Assembly: GCA_963837825.1 (NCBI GenBank)
Contig: CAWIOR010000015.1
Location: 710,235-774,234, forward strand
Length of the DNA: 64,000 nt
Direction: 5' to 3'
DNA from: an uncultured Chloroflexia bacterium
GTDB lineage: Bacteria > Chloroflexota > Limnocylindria > Limnocylindrales > CSP1-4
This document shows, one piece after another, positions 53,748 through 63,952 of this stretch; within the stretch, counting starts at the first letter, position 1; each line of letters opens with the position of its first letter. Made by a program: the position numbers and the translations under genes. The notes beneath the pieces were generated by a model, which searched no databases, was not told the origin of the DNA, and saw nothing but the letters and a program-made list of their open reading frames with translations.

Positions 53748-55456
53748 CCGCCGGCGGGCCGGTCGCGTCGTCCGCCGACGCCCTCGCCCGGCTCGCCGAG
53801 GAGGCGTGGGACGGGACCCTCGCCGCCCAGCCGCTGATGGCCACGTCGATCGGCGACCGGCGGTTCGACGACCGCCTGCCCGACAACCGGCCCGAGGCGG
53901 ACGCCGCCGAGCGACGGCGCCTCGCCGAGCTCCTCGATCGGGCCCGGGCCATCCCGGCCGCCGACCTCGGGCCGGCCGACGAGGTCACCCGGACCGCCCT
54001 CATCGCCTTCCTCGAGATGCGGCTCGACCTGACCACGGCGGCGCTCGAGCGCTGGTCGATCGACCCGCTCGAGGGTCCCCAGGTCGGGTTCCTCAACATC
54101 CCCTCGTACCAGGCCGTCGAGTCGCCGGCCGACGGCGACCGGCTGCTCGGGCGGTGGAGGGCGATGGGCCCGTTCGTGGACCAGCACGCCGCGAACGTCC
54201 TGGCCGCCGTGTCCGAAGGCATCGTCTCCCCGGAGGGCCCGATCCGCAAGGTGATCGATGAGCTCGACGACCTGCTCGGGCAGCCGGTCGAGGCGTGGCC
54301 GCTGCTGGCTCCCGCCGCGGCCGACCGGCCAGGCTGGTCGGAGACCGATCGACAGCGCTTCGCGACGGCGCTCGAGTCGGTCGTCAGCGAGGAGATCCGT
54401 CCGGCGTTCCTGCGCTATCGGGACGTCCTCGTCGAGCGGGTCCTCCCCCGGGCGCGGTCGAACGACCGGCCGGGACTCGGGGCCGTGCCCGGCGGTGACG
54501 AGGCGTACCGCCGGCTGGTGCGCGCCCACACGTCGCTCGACCTGGCCCCCGACCGGATCCATGCCATCGGCCTGGGCGAGGTCGAGCGGATCGATGGAGA
54601 GCTCGAGGCGGCGGCCGCGCGGGCCCTCGGGAGCCGCGGCCGCGAGGCTGCCCTCGACCGGCTGCGCCACGACCCGGCCCTCCACTTCGCCACCCGGGAG
54701 GAGGTCTTCGCGACCGCCGCGAGCGCCCTGGCCCGGGCCAACGCGGCGATCGCCGACTGGTTCGGGATCCTCCCGCGAGCCGGCTGCGAGGTCGTCGAGA
54801 TGGGCGCCCATGAGACGAAGCACTCGACCATCGCCTACTACCTCCAGCCCGCCAAGGACGGCAGCCGCCCGGGCCGCTACTACCTCAATACGACCGCCCC
54901 GGAGACCCGCCCGCGCTACGAGGCCGAGTCGCTCGCCTTCCACGAGTCCGTCCCCGGCCACCACCTCCAGCTGGCCATCGCCCAGGAGCTCACGGGGCTG
55001 CCGGCCTTCCGGCGCCACGAGGGCTCGACCGCGTTCTTCGAGGGCTGGGGCCTGTACACCGAGCGCCTGAGCGACGAGATGGGGCTCTACTCGGGTGACC
55101 TCGACCGGATCGGGATCGCCTCGTTCGACGGGTGGCGCGCCTGCCGGCTCGTCGTCGACACCGGGATCCACGCCCTCGGCTGGTCGCGCGACCGAGCGAT
55201 CGGGTTCATGCTCGAGCACACCGCCCTGGCCGAGAACAATGTCGTCAACGAGGTCGACCGGTACATCACCTGGCCGGGCCAGGCCCTCGCCTACAAGCTC
55301 GGCCAGCTCGAGATCCGCCGCTTGCGCGACGAGGCCCGGGCGAGGCTCGGGGCCGGCTTCGACATCCGGGCGTTCCACGATGCGGTCCTGTCCAACGGGG
55401 CGCTGCCGCTGTCGGCGCTGCGAGCCGTGATCGAGAGCGCGCTCTCTCCGAGCTGA
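53744..55456 (+). CDS. DUF885 family protein (metallopeptidase-like fold)
   Basis: Intact 570 aa. ATGA overlap with the upstream stop. FHESVPGHHLQLAIAQE, FFEGWGLYTERL, VDTGIHALGWSRD, VDRYITWPGQALAYKLG. Confidence 0.8.
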   Translation: MTAGGPVASSADALARLAEEAWDGTLAAQPLMATSIGDRRFDDRLPDNRPEADAAERRRLAELLDRARAIPAADLGPADEVTRTALIAFLEMRLDLTTAALERWSIDPLEGPQVGFLNIPSYQAVESPADGDRLLGRWRAMGPFVDQHAANVLAAVSEGIVSPEGPIRKVIDELDDLLGQPVEAWPLLAPAAADRPGWSETDRQRFATALESVVSEEIRPAFLRYRDVLVERVLPRARSNDRPGLGAVPGGDEAYRRLVRAHTSLDLAPDRIHAIGLGEVERIDGELEAAAARALGSRGREAALDRLRHDPALHFATREEVFATAASALARANAAIADWFGILPRAGCEVVEMGAHETKHSTIAYYLQPAKDGSRPGRYYLNTTAPETRPRYEAESLAFHESVPGHHLQLAIAQELTGLPAFRRHEGSTAFFEGWGLYTERLSDEMGLYSGDLDRIGIASFDGWRACRLVVDTGIHALGWSRDRAIGFMLEHTALAENNVVNEVDRYITWPGQALAYKLGQLEIRRLRDEARARLGAGFDIRAFHDAVLSNGALPLSALRAVIESALSPS

Positions 55457-55489
55457 CCGCGGGCCGCGGGCACGACCGGCCCGCGCGGG

Positions 55490-56671
55490 TCAGACGACGT
55501 GGGCCTCGCCGACGAGGCGGCCGGTGCCGAACCGGTCGAGCCCGAGCGACGACACGTCGACGGTCGTCGCGACCCCGTCGACCACGATCTCGGCGATGAG
55601 CTTGCCGACGATCGGGGCGTGCTGGAAGCCGTGACCGCTGAACCCGTTGGCCAGGAGGAGGCCGGCCAGCCCCGGGACGGGTCCGATGATCGGGTGCCGA
55701 TCGGGGGTCATCTCGTACAGCCCGACCCAGCTGTGGGCGATCGCCGCATCCTCGAGGGCGGGCAGGATCCGGATCGCGGTCGGCAGGAGCTGCTCGGCGA
55801 CGAACCGCTCGTCGACCCTGGTCTCGAAGGTCGGGCGCTGGGCCGGGTCGCCCATCCCCATCAGGATCCCCTCCCCCTCGCGGTGGAAGTAGAAGCTCGT
55901 TCCGGCGTCGATGACCAGCGTCCGGCGAGGCGGGACTCCCTGGAACGGGCCGGTCACCAGGACGACCCGCGGGATCGGCTCGAGCGGCAGGTCGACCCCC
56001 GCGGTCGCGGCCAGGAGGCCGGCCCATGGTCCGGCGGCGTCGACGACCGTCCCGCTGGCGACGGGTCCACCGGTCGTTTCCACGCCGGTCACCCGACCGC
56101 CGTCGGTGACGATCCGGGTGACCTCGACGCCGGTCCGGATGGTCGCGCCGGCACGCCGGGCCGCCGTCGCGTAGCCGAGCGTCAGGCCGGACGGATCGGC
56201 GATCCCGTCCTGAGCGCAGAAGGTGGCGCCGATGACGCCGTCGACGTCGAGGCCGGGGACCAGCCCGGCCGCCTCGCGGGCGGTCAGCAGCCGGACGTCG
56301 ACGCCGAGGTCCCGCTGCATCCCGGCGGCGGCCTGGTACTCCGACCACTCCGCCTCCTCCCGAAGGAGGAACAGGTAGCCGTCCTGGACCACGTCGAGCG
56401 GCAGGCCGTGGGTCGCGCTGAAGCCGATGATCAGCGGGATGCTGGCGAGCGAGAGCTGGACGTTCACCCGGCTCGAGAACTGGTGGCGGAACCCGCCGGC
56501 GCACAGGCCGGTCGAACCGGTCCCCAGCTCGGCCGCGCGCTCGAGGAGGAGGACAGATCCCGCCCCAGCGGCCGCCAGGTGATAGGCGACGCTCAGCCCG
56601 ACCGCGCCGCCCCCGACGACGACGACGTCGGCGGTCAGCGGGAGGCTGGACCGGTCCGGCTCGCTGGTCAT
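55490..56671 (-). CDS. FAD-dependent oxidoreductase (DAO family; sarcosine/glycine oxidase-like)
   Basis: Intact 393 aa. [19 protein letters not shown] (dinucleotide fold), [27 protein letters not shown]. Confidence 0.8.
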   Translation of the reverse strand: MTSEPDRSSLPLTADVVVVGGGAVGLSVAYHLAAAGAGSVLLLERAAELGTGSTGLCAGGFRHQFSSRVNVQLSLASIPLIIGFSATHGLPLDVVQDGYLFLLREEAEWSEYQAAAGMQRDLGVDVRLLTAREAAGLVPGLDVDGVIGATFCAQDGIADPSGLTLGYATAARRAGATIRTGVEVTRIVTDGGRVTGVETTGGPVASGTVVDAAGPWAGLLAATAGVDLPLEPIPRVVLVTGPFQGVPPRRTLVIDAGTSFYFHREGEGILMGMGDPAQRPTFETRVDERFVAEQLLPTAIRILPALEDAAIAHSWVGLYEMTPDRHPIIGPVPGLAGLLLANGFSGHGFQHAPIVGKLIAEIVVDGVATTVDVSSLGLDRFGTGRLVGEAHVV

Positions 56672-56749
56672 CGCGCCTGCATCGTAGCCGTCGGGCCCGG
56701 CTCGTACACTGGAGTCTCGCCGCCAGCCGACCCATCGAGGACATCCACG

Positions 56750-58489
56750 ATGACCGACCACCCCTTGCCGTACGACCAGCCGACCGACCCGGCCAAGCGC
56801 CACTCCCACGCCCTTACCGACGGGCCCGACCGGGCCGCCGCGCGGGCGATGCTGAAGGCGATCGGGTTCACCGACGACGACCTCGCCAAGCCGCTCGTCG
56901 GCGTCGCGACGACGTGGATCGAGACGATGCCCTGCAACTACAACCAGCGACGCCTGGCCGACTTCGTCAAGCAGGGGATCCGGGCCGCCGGCGGCACCCC
57001 GATGGAGTTCAACACGATCTCGATCAGCGACGGGGTGTCGATGGGCTCGGAGGGGATGAAGGCGAGCCTGGTCAGCCGGGAGGTCATCGCCGACTCGATC
57101 GAGCTGGTCTGCCGGGGGCACCTGTTCGACGGCGTCGTCTGCCTGGTCGGCTGCGACAAGACGATCCCCGGCGCGGCGATGGCACTCGGCCGGCTCGACA
57201 TCCCCGGGGTCGTCCTCTACAACGGGACGATCTACCCGGGCACCTACAAGGGCAAGCGGAACGCGACCGTGGTGACCGTCTTCGAGGCGATCGGCGCCTA
57301 CCGGGCCGGGAAGATCAGCCTCGAGGAGCTGTACGAGGTCGAGAACGTGGCCTGCCCCGGCCCGGGCGCCTGTGGCGGCCAGTTCACGGCCAACACGATG
57401 AGCACGGTCATGGAGTTCATCGGGCTGTCGCCGGCGGGGCTAAACGGGATCCCGGCCGAGGACCCGGCCAAGGACGAGGCGGCCCGGCGGACCGGCGAGC
57501 TGGTCATGGACCTCGTCCGCCGTGACATCCGCCCATCAACCTTCGTGACCCGGGCCGCGCTCGACAACGGGATCGCCTCGGTCGCGGCCACGGGCGGCTC
57601 GACCAACGGCGTCCTCCACCTCCTGGCGATCGCCCACGAGTTCGGGATCGAGCTCGACATCGACGAGTTCGGCACGGTCGCCGACCGGACCCCGATCGTC
57701 GCCGACATGCAGCCCGGCGGCCGGTTCACCGCGGCCGACATCTACGACGCCGGCGGCGTGGCGCTCGTCATGCGCGAGCTGCTGAAGCGGGACCTGCTCC
57801 ACGGCGACGCCCCCACGGTCGACGGCCGGACCATCGCCCAGATCGCCGCGGCCGTCCGGGAGACGCCGGGGCAGGAGGTCGTCGTCCCGATCGAGCGACC
57901 GATCAAGCCGGTCGGCGGGCTGGCCATCCTGCGCGGCAGCCTGGCCCCCGACGGCTGCGTGGTGAAGCTGGCCGGCCACGAGCGGCGCAGCCATCGCGGC
58001 CCGGCCCGGGTCTTCGACTCCGAAGGGGCGGCCTACGAGGCGGTCCGCGACCGGCGGATCGTGGCCGGCGACGTCGTCGTCATCCGCTACGAGGGCCCGG
58101 TCGGTGGACCCGGGATGCAGGAGATGTTGAGCGTGACGGGAGCGCTCGTCGGCGAGGGCCTCGGCGATTCGGTCGCCCTCATCACCGACGGCCGGTTCTC
58201 CGGCGGGACGCACGGGCTGATGATCGGGCACATCGCTCCGGAGGCCGCGCTGGGCGGCCCGATCGGGCTGGTCGAGGAGGGCGACCCGATCGTGATCGAC
58301 GTCGACCGGAAGGCTCTCGACCTCGACGTCCCGGCCGACGAGCTCGCCCGCCGCCGGGCCCGCTGGTCGCCCCCTGCCCCGCGCTACCCCGGCGGGGTGA
58401 TGGCCAAGTACGCGGCCCAGGTCAGCTCCGCCTCGGTCGGCGCGGTCACGACCGGCGAGCGGATGGCGGCCGGGCTGCGCGGACGGTGA
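56750..58489 (+). CDS. ilvD: Dihydroxy-acid dehydratase
   Basis: Intact 579 aa from ATG 56750. [71 protein letters not shown]. The upstream part of ORF 55499..58489 is antisense to the FAD oxidoreductase. Confidence 0.93.
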   Translation: MTDHPLPYDQPTDPAKRHSHALTDGPDRAAARAMLKAIGFTDDDLAKPLVGVATTWIETMPCNYNQRRLADFVKQGIRAAGGTPMEFNTISISDGVSMGSEGMKASLVSREVIADSIELVCRGHLFDGVVCLVGCDKTIPGAAMALGRLDIPGVVLYNGTIYPGTYKGKRNATVVTVFEAIGAYRAGKISLEELYEVENVACPGPGACGGQFTANTMSTVMEFIGLSPAGLNGIPAEDPAKDEAARRTGELVMDLVRRDIRPSTFVTRAALDNGIASVAATGGSTNGVLHLLAIAHEFGIELDIDEFGTVADRTPIVADMQPGGRFTAADIYDAGGVALVMRELLKRDLLHGDAPTVDGRTIAQIAAAVRETPGQEVVVPIERPIKPVGGLAILRGSLAPDGCVVKLAGHERRSHRGPARVFDSEGAAYEAVRDRRIVAGDVVVIRYEGPVGGPGMQEMLSVTGALVGEGLGDSVALITDGRFSGGTHGLMIGHIAPEAALGGPIGLVEEGDPIVIDVDRKALDLDVPADELARRRARWSPPAPRYPGGVMAKYAAQVSSASVGAVTTGERMAAGLRGR

Positions 58490-58529
58490 GCCGGCGGCGC
58501 AGGATCGCCGGGCGGGGCATCATGACAGC

Positions 58530-58850
58530 GTGAATCGATCGACCGACCCCGGCCACCCCGCCGTGCCCGACACCGGGCCGCGGACATCGTCGCCGCACGA
58601 ACCCGACCCGGGCCCGGCCGCCGTGACCTCTCATCCGGGCCGGCCCATGCCGTGGCCGCCGACCGAGCACCAGCGCGGCCTCGCGTCGCCGTACCCGCCG
58701 GGTGGTCTCGACCCGGACCCGGACGCCGGCCGGCGCGAGGACCGCTTCTATCTGCGCCTCCTGATCGCGATGGTCCTGCTCATCGTCGTCGGAGGGTTCG
58801 TGGTCAGCCTCATCGGCATCCTCCTCGGCTTCGCCGGCAGCGCCGGCTGA
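58530..58850 (+). CDS. Hypothetical Pro-rich protein with one C-terminal TM
   Basis: High GC3. C-terminus FYLRLLIAMVLLIVVGGFVVSLIGILLGFAG. Start uncertain (GTG 58530 or ATG 58647). Confidence 0.4.
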   Translation: MNRSTDPGHPAVPDTGPRTSSPHEPDPGPAAVTSHPGRPMPWPPTEHQRGLASPYPPGGLDPDPDAGRREDRFYLRLLIAMVLLIVVGGFVVSLIGILLGFAGSAG

Positions 58851-58852
58851 CC

Positions 58853-60298
58853 GTGGCTGCGCTCGACCGGGGCGGTGACCGGCGACCGTCGGACCTGGTC
58901 GAGGACGCGGACTGGGAGCGAGCCCACGCCGAACTCGTCGAGGACCTCCGCGAGCTGATCCGGATCCCGAGCGTCAACCCGCCGCCGGCGCCGGGCGACG
59001 GTGAGCTCCGGGCGGCCCGGCGGGTCACGGCGGTCCTGGCGGCGGCCGGCGTCCCGTCCGACATCCTCGAGCCGGTGCCCGGACGCGGCTCGGTCGTCGC
59101 GCGGCTCCACGGGGACGGCAGCGGGGGCGACCCGCTCCTGCTCCTGTCCCACCTGGACGTGGTCCCGGCTGCGCCGGAGGGCTGGTCGCACGACCCGTTC
59201 GGCGCCGACCTGGCCGACGGCTACGTGTGGGGCCGCGGCGCGGTCGACATGAAGGGGATGGTGGCGATGGAGGTCGCGGTCATCCGGCGCCTCGCGGCCG
59301 AGGCCCTGGCCGCCGGGCGGGACCCGGCCAGCGACCCGATCCCCGGTCTGACCCGCGACGTCCTGTTCGCGGCGACGGCCGACGAGGAGGCCGGCGGGCT
59401 CCACGGAGCCGGCTGGATCGTCGACCATGACCCGGATCGACTCCGGGCGGCGGGAGCCCTCAACGAGTGCGGCGGCGTCTCGGTGGCGTTCGCCGGGCGG
59501 CGGTTCTATCCGATCGGGGTCGCGGAGAAGGGCTACGCGAACTTCCGGATCACGATCCGCGGCACCTGGGCTCATGGCTCGATGCCACGGCCGGACAACG
59601 CCGCCGTCTTGGCGGCCGCGATCGTCAGCCGCCTGGCCGAGCCCGGGCCGCCCCGCCTGACGCCGGCGATGAGCCGGTTCTTCGCGGCGGTCGCCGACGA
59701 GCTCGGCGGCCCGATCGGCGACCTCGTCCGCCGGATCGCCTCACCCGACGGTGCCGAGAGCGAGGCCGCCATCGCCGCCGTCTGCGACGAGATGTACGGT
59801 CGGGCCGCACGAGCGCTGCTCCGCGACACGGCCTCGCCGAACGTCATCCGGGCCGGGGTCAAGTACAACGTCATCCCCGGCCTGGCCGAGATCGAGGTCG
59901 ACTGCCGGACCCTGCCCGGCACCGACGAGGCGGCCATGCTGGCCGAGCTCAGGCGACGGATCGGCGAGGAGCTGTGGGCGCACTGCGAGGCCGAGTGCTT
60001 CCTCGCCGCCCCGCCGGTCGAAGCGCCGCTCGACACGGACCTGTACCGGATCCTCGAGGCGACCGTCCGCGACCACGACCCGCAGGGCATCCCCGTGCCG
60101 GTGATGGCCCCGTTCGCGACGGACGCCAAGCAGACCGCCCGTCTGGCGGTCCCGACCTACGGCTTCTCCCCGCTCCGGCTCGCCCCCGACGAGCGATTCC
60201 TCGAACGGTTCCACGGCGTCGACGAGCGGGTCGGGCTCGACGCGCTCCGGTTCGGCCTGCCGGTCCTGTACGACGTCGTCCGGCGGTTCTGCGGCTGA
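58853..60298 (+). CDS. M20/M25/M40 family metallopeptidase (ArgE/DapE/CPG2-like)
   Basis: Intact about 481 aa from GTG 58853. LIRIPSVNPP, LLLLSHLDVVP, YVWGRGAVDMKG, ATADEEAGG, IPGLAEIEVDCR, FATDAK. Confidence 0.8.
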   Translation: MAALDRGGDRRPSDLVEDADWERAHAELVEDLRELIRIPSVNPPPAPGDGELRAARRVTAVLAAAGVPSDILEPVPGRGSVVARLHGDGSGGDPLLLLSHLDVVPAAPEGWSHDPFGADLADGYVWGRGAVDMKGMVAMEVAVIRRLAAEALAAGRDPASDPIPGLTRDVLFAATADEEAGGLHGAGWIVDHDPDRLRAAGALNECGGVSVAFAGRRFYPIGVAEKGYANFRITIRGTWAHGSMPRPDNAAVLAAAIVSRLAEPGPPRLTPAMSRFFAAVADELGGPIGDLVRRIASPDGAESEAAIAAVCDEMYGRAARALLRDTASPNVIRAGVKYNVIPGLAEIEVDCRTLPGTDEAAMLAELRRRIGEELWAHCEAECFLAAPPVEAPLDTDLYRILEATVRDHDPQGIPVPVMAPFATDAKQTARLAVPTYGFSPLRLAPDERFLERFHGVDERVGLDALRFGLPVLYDVVRRFCG

Positions 60299-60432
60299 TC
60301 GGAGGTCGCGATCCAGGCCGAACGGCCGTGGTCGGTGACCGTGCGCACCGCGATAGAATCTCGGGGTGATCCGCTGGTGATCAGCCGGTCTTAGGATGGG
60401 CCTACCGCCGCGTTGGTCGGTGGAGGTCGAGC

Positions 60433-62247
60433 ATGCGTCGGGTCCTCGGGATCCTCATCGCCGTCGTCGTCGCCGGAGCCCTGGTCGGGCCGGTCGCGGC
60501 TGCCCGGCCGGAACCGCGGGTCGCGGTCATCGTCGGGCCGGTCGGCGGCCTGACCGACTTCTACCGTTCGGTCGGGGCGGCCGCGGCCCGCCAGGCGCGG
60601 CGCTGGACGAGCGACGTGGTCAGCGTCGTCTCGCCGGATGCCACGTGGCCGGCGGTCAGACGAGCGCTGCGCGGCGCGACGATCGTGATCTACCTCGGCC
60701 ACGGCAACGGCTGGCCGTCGCCCTACCGCGATGCGCTCTACCCGCCGACCCAGAACGGGCTCGGGCTGAACCCGGTCGCCGGCGGGGACGACAGCGCCCA
60801 CCAGTACTTCGGCGAGGCGTTCCTGGCGCGGGATGTCCGACTGGCCCCGGGCGCGGTCGTCCTCCTCCATCACCTGTGCTATGCGAGCGGGAACTCCGAG
60901 CCAGGCCTGGCCGAGGGGTCGCTCGAGGTCGCCAGGCAGCGGGTCGATAACTACGCGGCCGGCTGGCTCGCGGCGGGCGCCGGCGCGGTCATCGCCGACA
61001 CGTACGGCGATCCCGGGCCGTACCTGCGCGGACTGCTCGGCACGGACGAGACGGTCGATCGGATCTGGCGCCAGGCGCCGACCTCCCACGGCCACGTCCT
61101 CACCTTCCCGAGCATCCGCTCGCCGGGCAACGTCGCGGCGATGGACCCGACCAGGTCGGACTCGGGCTTCAACCGCTCGATGGTCTCCCGGCCGGGCCTC
61201 GACGCGACCGAGGTCCGGAGCGGCGCCGGGCGGGTCGCGACCCTGCCGATCGGTGGGGGGACGATCCAGCCGCCGGTCCTGTCGCTGGCGTCGCTCGGCG
61301 TCACGTTCCGTACCCCTGGCCTCGTGGCCGCCGGGACGATCCCGAGCGGGCTCGTCGCCGGGACGCGGGCCAACCTGAGCCTGCCGGTCAAGCTGCCGGC
61401 GGGGGTCAGCCTGCCGGACCGGCTCGAGCTCGGGGTGCGCTGGGATCCGCTCTCCATCGACACGGGCGGCTCGGGCTCATCGGGCTCGTCGGCCGGCCCG
61501 ACGCCGAGTCCCAGCCCGACGCCGAGCGCCAGCCCGACGCCGCGGGGTCGGCCGGTCCCCGGTGACCTCCCCGCCCCGACGCCGGCGACCGAGCCACCCG
61601 GGATCGAGCCGGTCGCCCCCGAGGTCCTCGGGTCGGTCGTCACCCCCGTCCGCGCACTGCTCTATCGCGGACGACTCCTGGCGACCCTCCAGCTCCCGGC
61701 CACGCCCGGGACCTACCGCCTGGTCACCACCGTCCACGGCGCCGACGGGGTGGCCTACGATGGCGCCACCCAGGCTCTCGTACCCGCGGTCGCCGTTCGG
61801 GTCAGTCGGCCGCTGTCGGTGGCGTTCGGCGTCGTCCCGAACCTGTCCGTCGAAGCCGGAGCGCGGGTCTCGCTGGCCGTCCGGGTCGTCAACGACGGCG
61901 CGGTCGCCTGGGCCGACCGCCCCGATCCGACCGCCCTGTCCGAGGATGTGCTCGACCCGCGGGTCACCCGCGCCCACCCGAGCGCCCGTCTGGTCGCCCG
62001 CTGGGTGCCGCTCGCGACCGCCGGTCCGGACACGCCGGGACCCCTCGAAGCCTCGGCATCCGTGGCGGTCGATCCGGGCTCCCAGCTGACCGTCCAGCTC
62101 GCACTTGTCGCCCCGGCTGTCCCGGGGTCGTACCTGCTCGTCCTCGACATCGACAGCCCGCTCCACGGCTCGCTCGCGGCCTCGGGCGTCGTGCCGGGCC
62201 AGGTCCGGGTGACGGTCGAGCCGGCGGCTACTCCCGAGGCGCCTTGA
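60433..62247 (+). CDS. Secreted protein: N-terminal domain with clan-CD-like (gingipain/caspase-fold) His/Cys dyad, Ser/Pro/Thr linker, two Ig-like C-terminal domains
   Basis: Intact 604 aa. Signal MRRVLGILIAVVVAGALVGPVAAA. ATIVIYLGHGNGWPSPY and AVVLLHHLCYASGN (beta-strand then HG, beta-strand then C). Linker GGSGSSGSSAGPTPSPSPTPSASPTP. Repeated VxVxNxGxxxW-type segments. Confidence 0.45.
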   Translation: MRRVLGILIAVVVAGALVGPVAAARPEPRVAVIVGPVGGLTDFYRSVGAAAARQARRWTSDVVSVVSPDATWPAVRRALRGATIVIYLGHGNGWPSPYRDALYPPTQNGLGLNPVAGGDDSAHQYFGEAFLARDVRLAPGAVVLLHHLCYASGNSEPGLAEGSLEVARQRVDNYAAGWLAAGAGAVIADTYGDPGPYLRGLLGTDETVDRIWRQAPTSHGHVLTFPSIRSPGNVAAMDPTRSDSGFNRSMVSRPGLDATEVRSGAGRVATLPIGGGTIQPPVLSLASLGVTFRTPGLVAAGTIPSGLVAGTRANLSLPVKLPAGVSLPDRLELGVRWDPLSIDTGGSGSSGSSAGPTPSPSPTPSASPTPRGRPVPGDLPAPTPATEPPGIEPVAPEVLGSVVTPVRALLYRGRLLATLQLPATPGTYRLVTTVHGADGVAYDGATQALVPAVAVRVSRPLSVAFGVVPNLSVEAGARVSLAVRVVNDGAVAWADRPDPTALSEDVLDPRVTRAHPSARLVARWVPLATAGPDTPGPLEASASVAVDPGSQLTVQLALVAPAVPGSYLLVLDIDSPLHGSLAASGVVPGQVRVTVEPAATPEAP

Positions 62248-62830
62248 TCAGACGCCCACGGCGGGAGATCGCACCGGTGGCCAGGGCCGCCACGCCCATC
62301 GCGATCAGCTTCCGCTCGGCCGGCGGGAGCGCGCGCACCGCCGACAGGAACTGGTCCGCCCGGCCGCGGTCGACGACCCGAAGGAGGGCGTGGCCGCGCT
62401 GGGTCAGCCAGAGCGATCGCTGACGACGGTCCTCCTCCTCCCGGCGCCGTTCGACCAGCCGCCGCCGGACGAGACCGTCCACCAGCCGCGACGTCGCCGA
62501 TGGTGAGCGACCGAGCGCGTCCGCCAGGTCGGCGACGGTCGTCGTCCCGGTATCGGCCAGGACGTAGAGCGCGGCAAGCTGGGTGAAGCCGAGCCGCAGC
62601 TCGCCGAGCTGCCAGGCGAACCCGACGACGAGCTCGCGCCAGAGCGCCCGGCCCATCGCGACCCGCTCGGAGATCTGGCGCGGGTTCTGGATCGACGTCC
62701 CGGCAGCCAGGACCGGCGCGCTGAGCGCGGCCTCGAACGTCCGGGCGATCGCCCGGCGCGGCGCAGCACGACGCATCGGTCGCGGGCCGCCGCGCGGGCC
62801 CGGGCGTTGAGCGGTGGGGTCGGTGGCCAT
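62228..62830 (-). CDS. MarR-family transcriptional regulator
   Basis: Intact 200 aa from ATG 62830. LGFTQLAALYVLADTGTTTVADLADALGRSPSATSRLVDGLVRRRLVERRREEEDRRQRSLWLTQRG (winged HTH). The 3' end overlaps the convergent 60433 gene by 20 nt. Confidence 0.8.
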   Translation of the reverse strand: MATDPTAQRPGPRGGPRPMRRAAPRRAIARTFEAALSAPVLAAGTSIQNPRQISERVAMGRALWRELVVGFAWQLGELRLGFTQLAALYVLADTGTTTVADLADALGRSPSATSRLVDGLVRRRLVERRREEEDRRQRSLWLTQRGHALLRVVDRGRADQFLSAVRALPPAERKLIAMGVAALATGAISRRGRLIKAPRE

Positions 62831-62835
62831 GACGG

Positions 62836-62911
62836 CAGGGTACGGCCCAGGACGGATGCATGCAATGTTGCACACGCTCGACGCGTGCAGGTCGTCCCGG
62901 GCCGTACCCTG
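62836..62911. promoter_or_regulatory. Nested inverted repeats in the MarR/fabD divergent intergenic region (candidate operator(s))
   Basis: CAGGGTACGGCCC (62836-62848) and GGGCCGTACCCTG (62899-62911) are a perfect 13-bp pair, extendable by GGACG/CGTCC. They enclose ATGCAT, TGCAA-TG-TTGCA and CACGC-N5-GCGTG palindromes. Confidence 0.45.
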
Positions 62912-62964
62912 ACCACGGCGAGCCGCGTGGCGGTCGCCGCACGCGCGTGCCCGACAGGAGCCAG

Positions 62965-63930
62965 ATGCCACCGCTCGCCTTCGTCTTCCCCGGTCAGGGG
63001 TCCCAGTCTGTCGGGATGGGCCGAGCGCTGGCCGCGGCGAGCCCGGCGGCGGCGGCGGTCTTCGCCGCGGCGGACGCGGCCCTGGGCGAGTCGATCTCGA
63101 CCCTCGCCTGGGAGGGCCCCACGGAGGTCCTCGACCGGACGGAGAACGCCCAGCCGGCCCTCCTCGCGACATCGATCGCCTACCTGGCCGCGCTCCGTGA
63201 GCGCTGGTCGGCGCTCGACGTCCCCGCCCTGCGGCCGGCCTTCTTCGCCGGTCATTCGATGGGCCAGTACAGCGCGATGGTCGCCGCCGGGGTGATCGAG
63301 CTCGGCGACGGCGTCCGGCTCGTCCGCGAGCGGGGCCGGCTGATGCAGGCCTCCGGCGCCGGTCGCGAAGGTCGGATGGCCGCGCTCATCGGCCTGGACG
63401 ACGCCCGGCTGCCCGAGCTCGTCGAGCGTGCCGGCGCCCACGGCGTGTTCGGGGTGGCCAACCGGAACTCACCGGGGCAGGTCGTCGTGTCGGGCGAGCG
63501 GCGAGCCGTGGAGGCCGCGGTCGAGCTGGCGCGAGCGCTGGGCGCGAAGCGGGCGATCGAGCTCCCGGTCTCGGTCGCGGCTCACTCGCCCCTGATGGCC
63601 GAGGCCGCCGACGGGATGCGGGTCGCCCTGGCCGGCGTCCGCTTCGCCGATCCCGCCGCACCCCTCCTGGCCAACCGCGACGCCCGGACGCTGACCACCG
63701 GCGAAGCCGCCCGGGGCGAGCTCGTGGAGCACCTGACCACGGGCGTCGACTGGGTCCGGGCCGTCGAGGCGATGACCGAGGCCGGCGTCGGCACGTTCGT
63801 GGAGGTCGGTCCGGGTCGCGTCCTGACCGGCCTGATCAAGCGGATCGCCCCGGCCGCCGAGGCGATCGCGACCGACGCCCCCAACGCCCCGGACGGCCTG
63901 GCCGTGCCGGGCATCGAGATCCCCGCCTGA
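62965..63930 (+). CDS. fabD: Malonyl-CoA:ACP transacylase
   Basis: Intact 321 aa. AGGAG-N4-ATG. FVFPGQGSQSVGMG, FAGHSMGQYSA (active-site GHSxG), VANRNSPGQVVVSG, VSVAAHSPLM. Confidence 0.9.
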   Translation: MPPLAFVFPGQGSQSVGMGRALAAASPAAAAVFAAADAALGESISTLAWEGPTEVLDRTENAQPALLATSIAYLAALRERWSALDVPALRPAFFAGHSMGQYSAMVAAGVIELGDGVRLVRERGRLMQASGAGREGRMAALIGLDDARLPELVERAGAHGVFGVANRNSPGQVVVSGERRAVEAAVELARALGAKRAIELPVSVAAHSPLMAEAADGMRVALAGVRFADPAAPLLANRDARTLTTGEAARGELVEHLTTGVDWVRAVEAMTEAGVGTFVEVGPGRVLTGLIKRIAPAAEAIATDAPNAPDGLAVPGIEIPA

Positions 63931-63952
63931 CCAGCCCGAGGAGAACCACCAC

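Noticed and set aside
55499-56749. N-terminal 417-aa extension of the ilvD ORF (and the 27720..30224 and 47501..50941 extensions of ALDH and GGDEF-EAL)
   Set aside because: The extensions are antisense to, or overlap, other well-supported genes and have nonsense composition. Canonical N-termini with SD-like sequences occur at 56750, 29165 and 50152 respectively.
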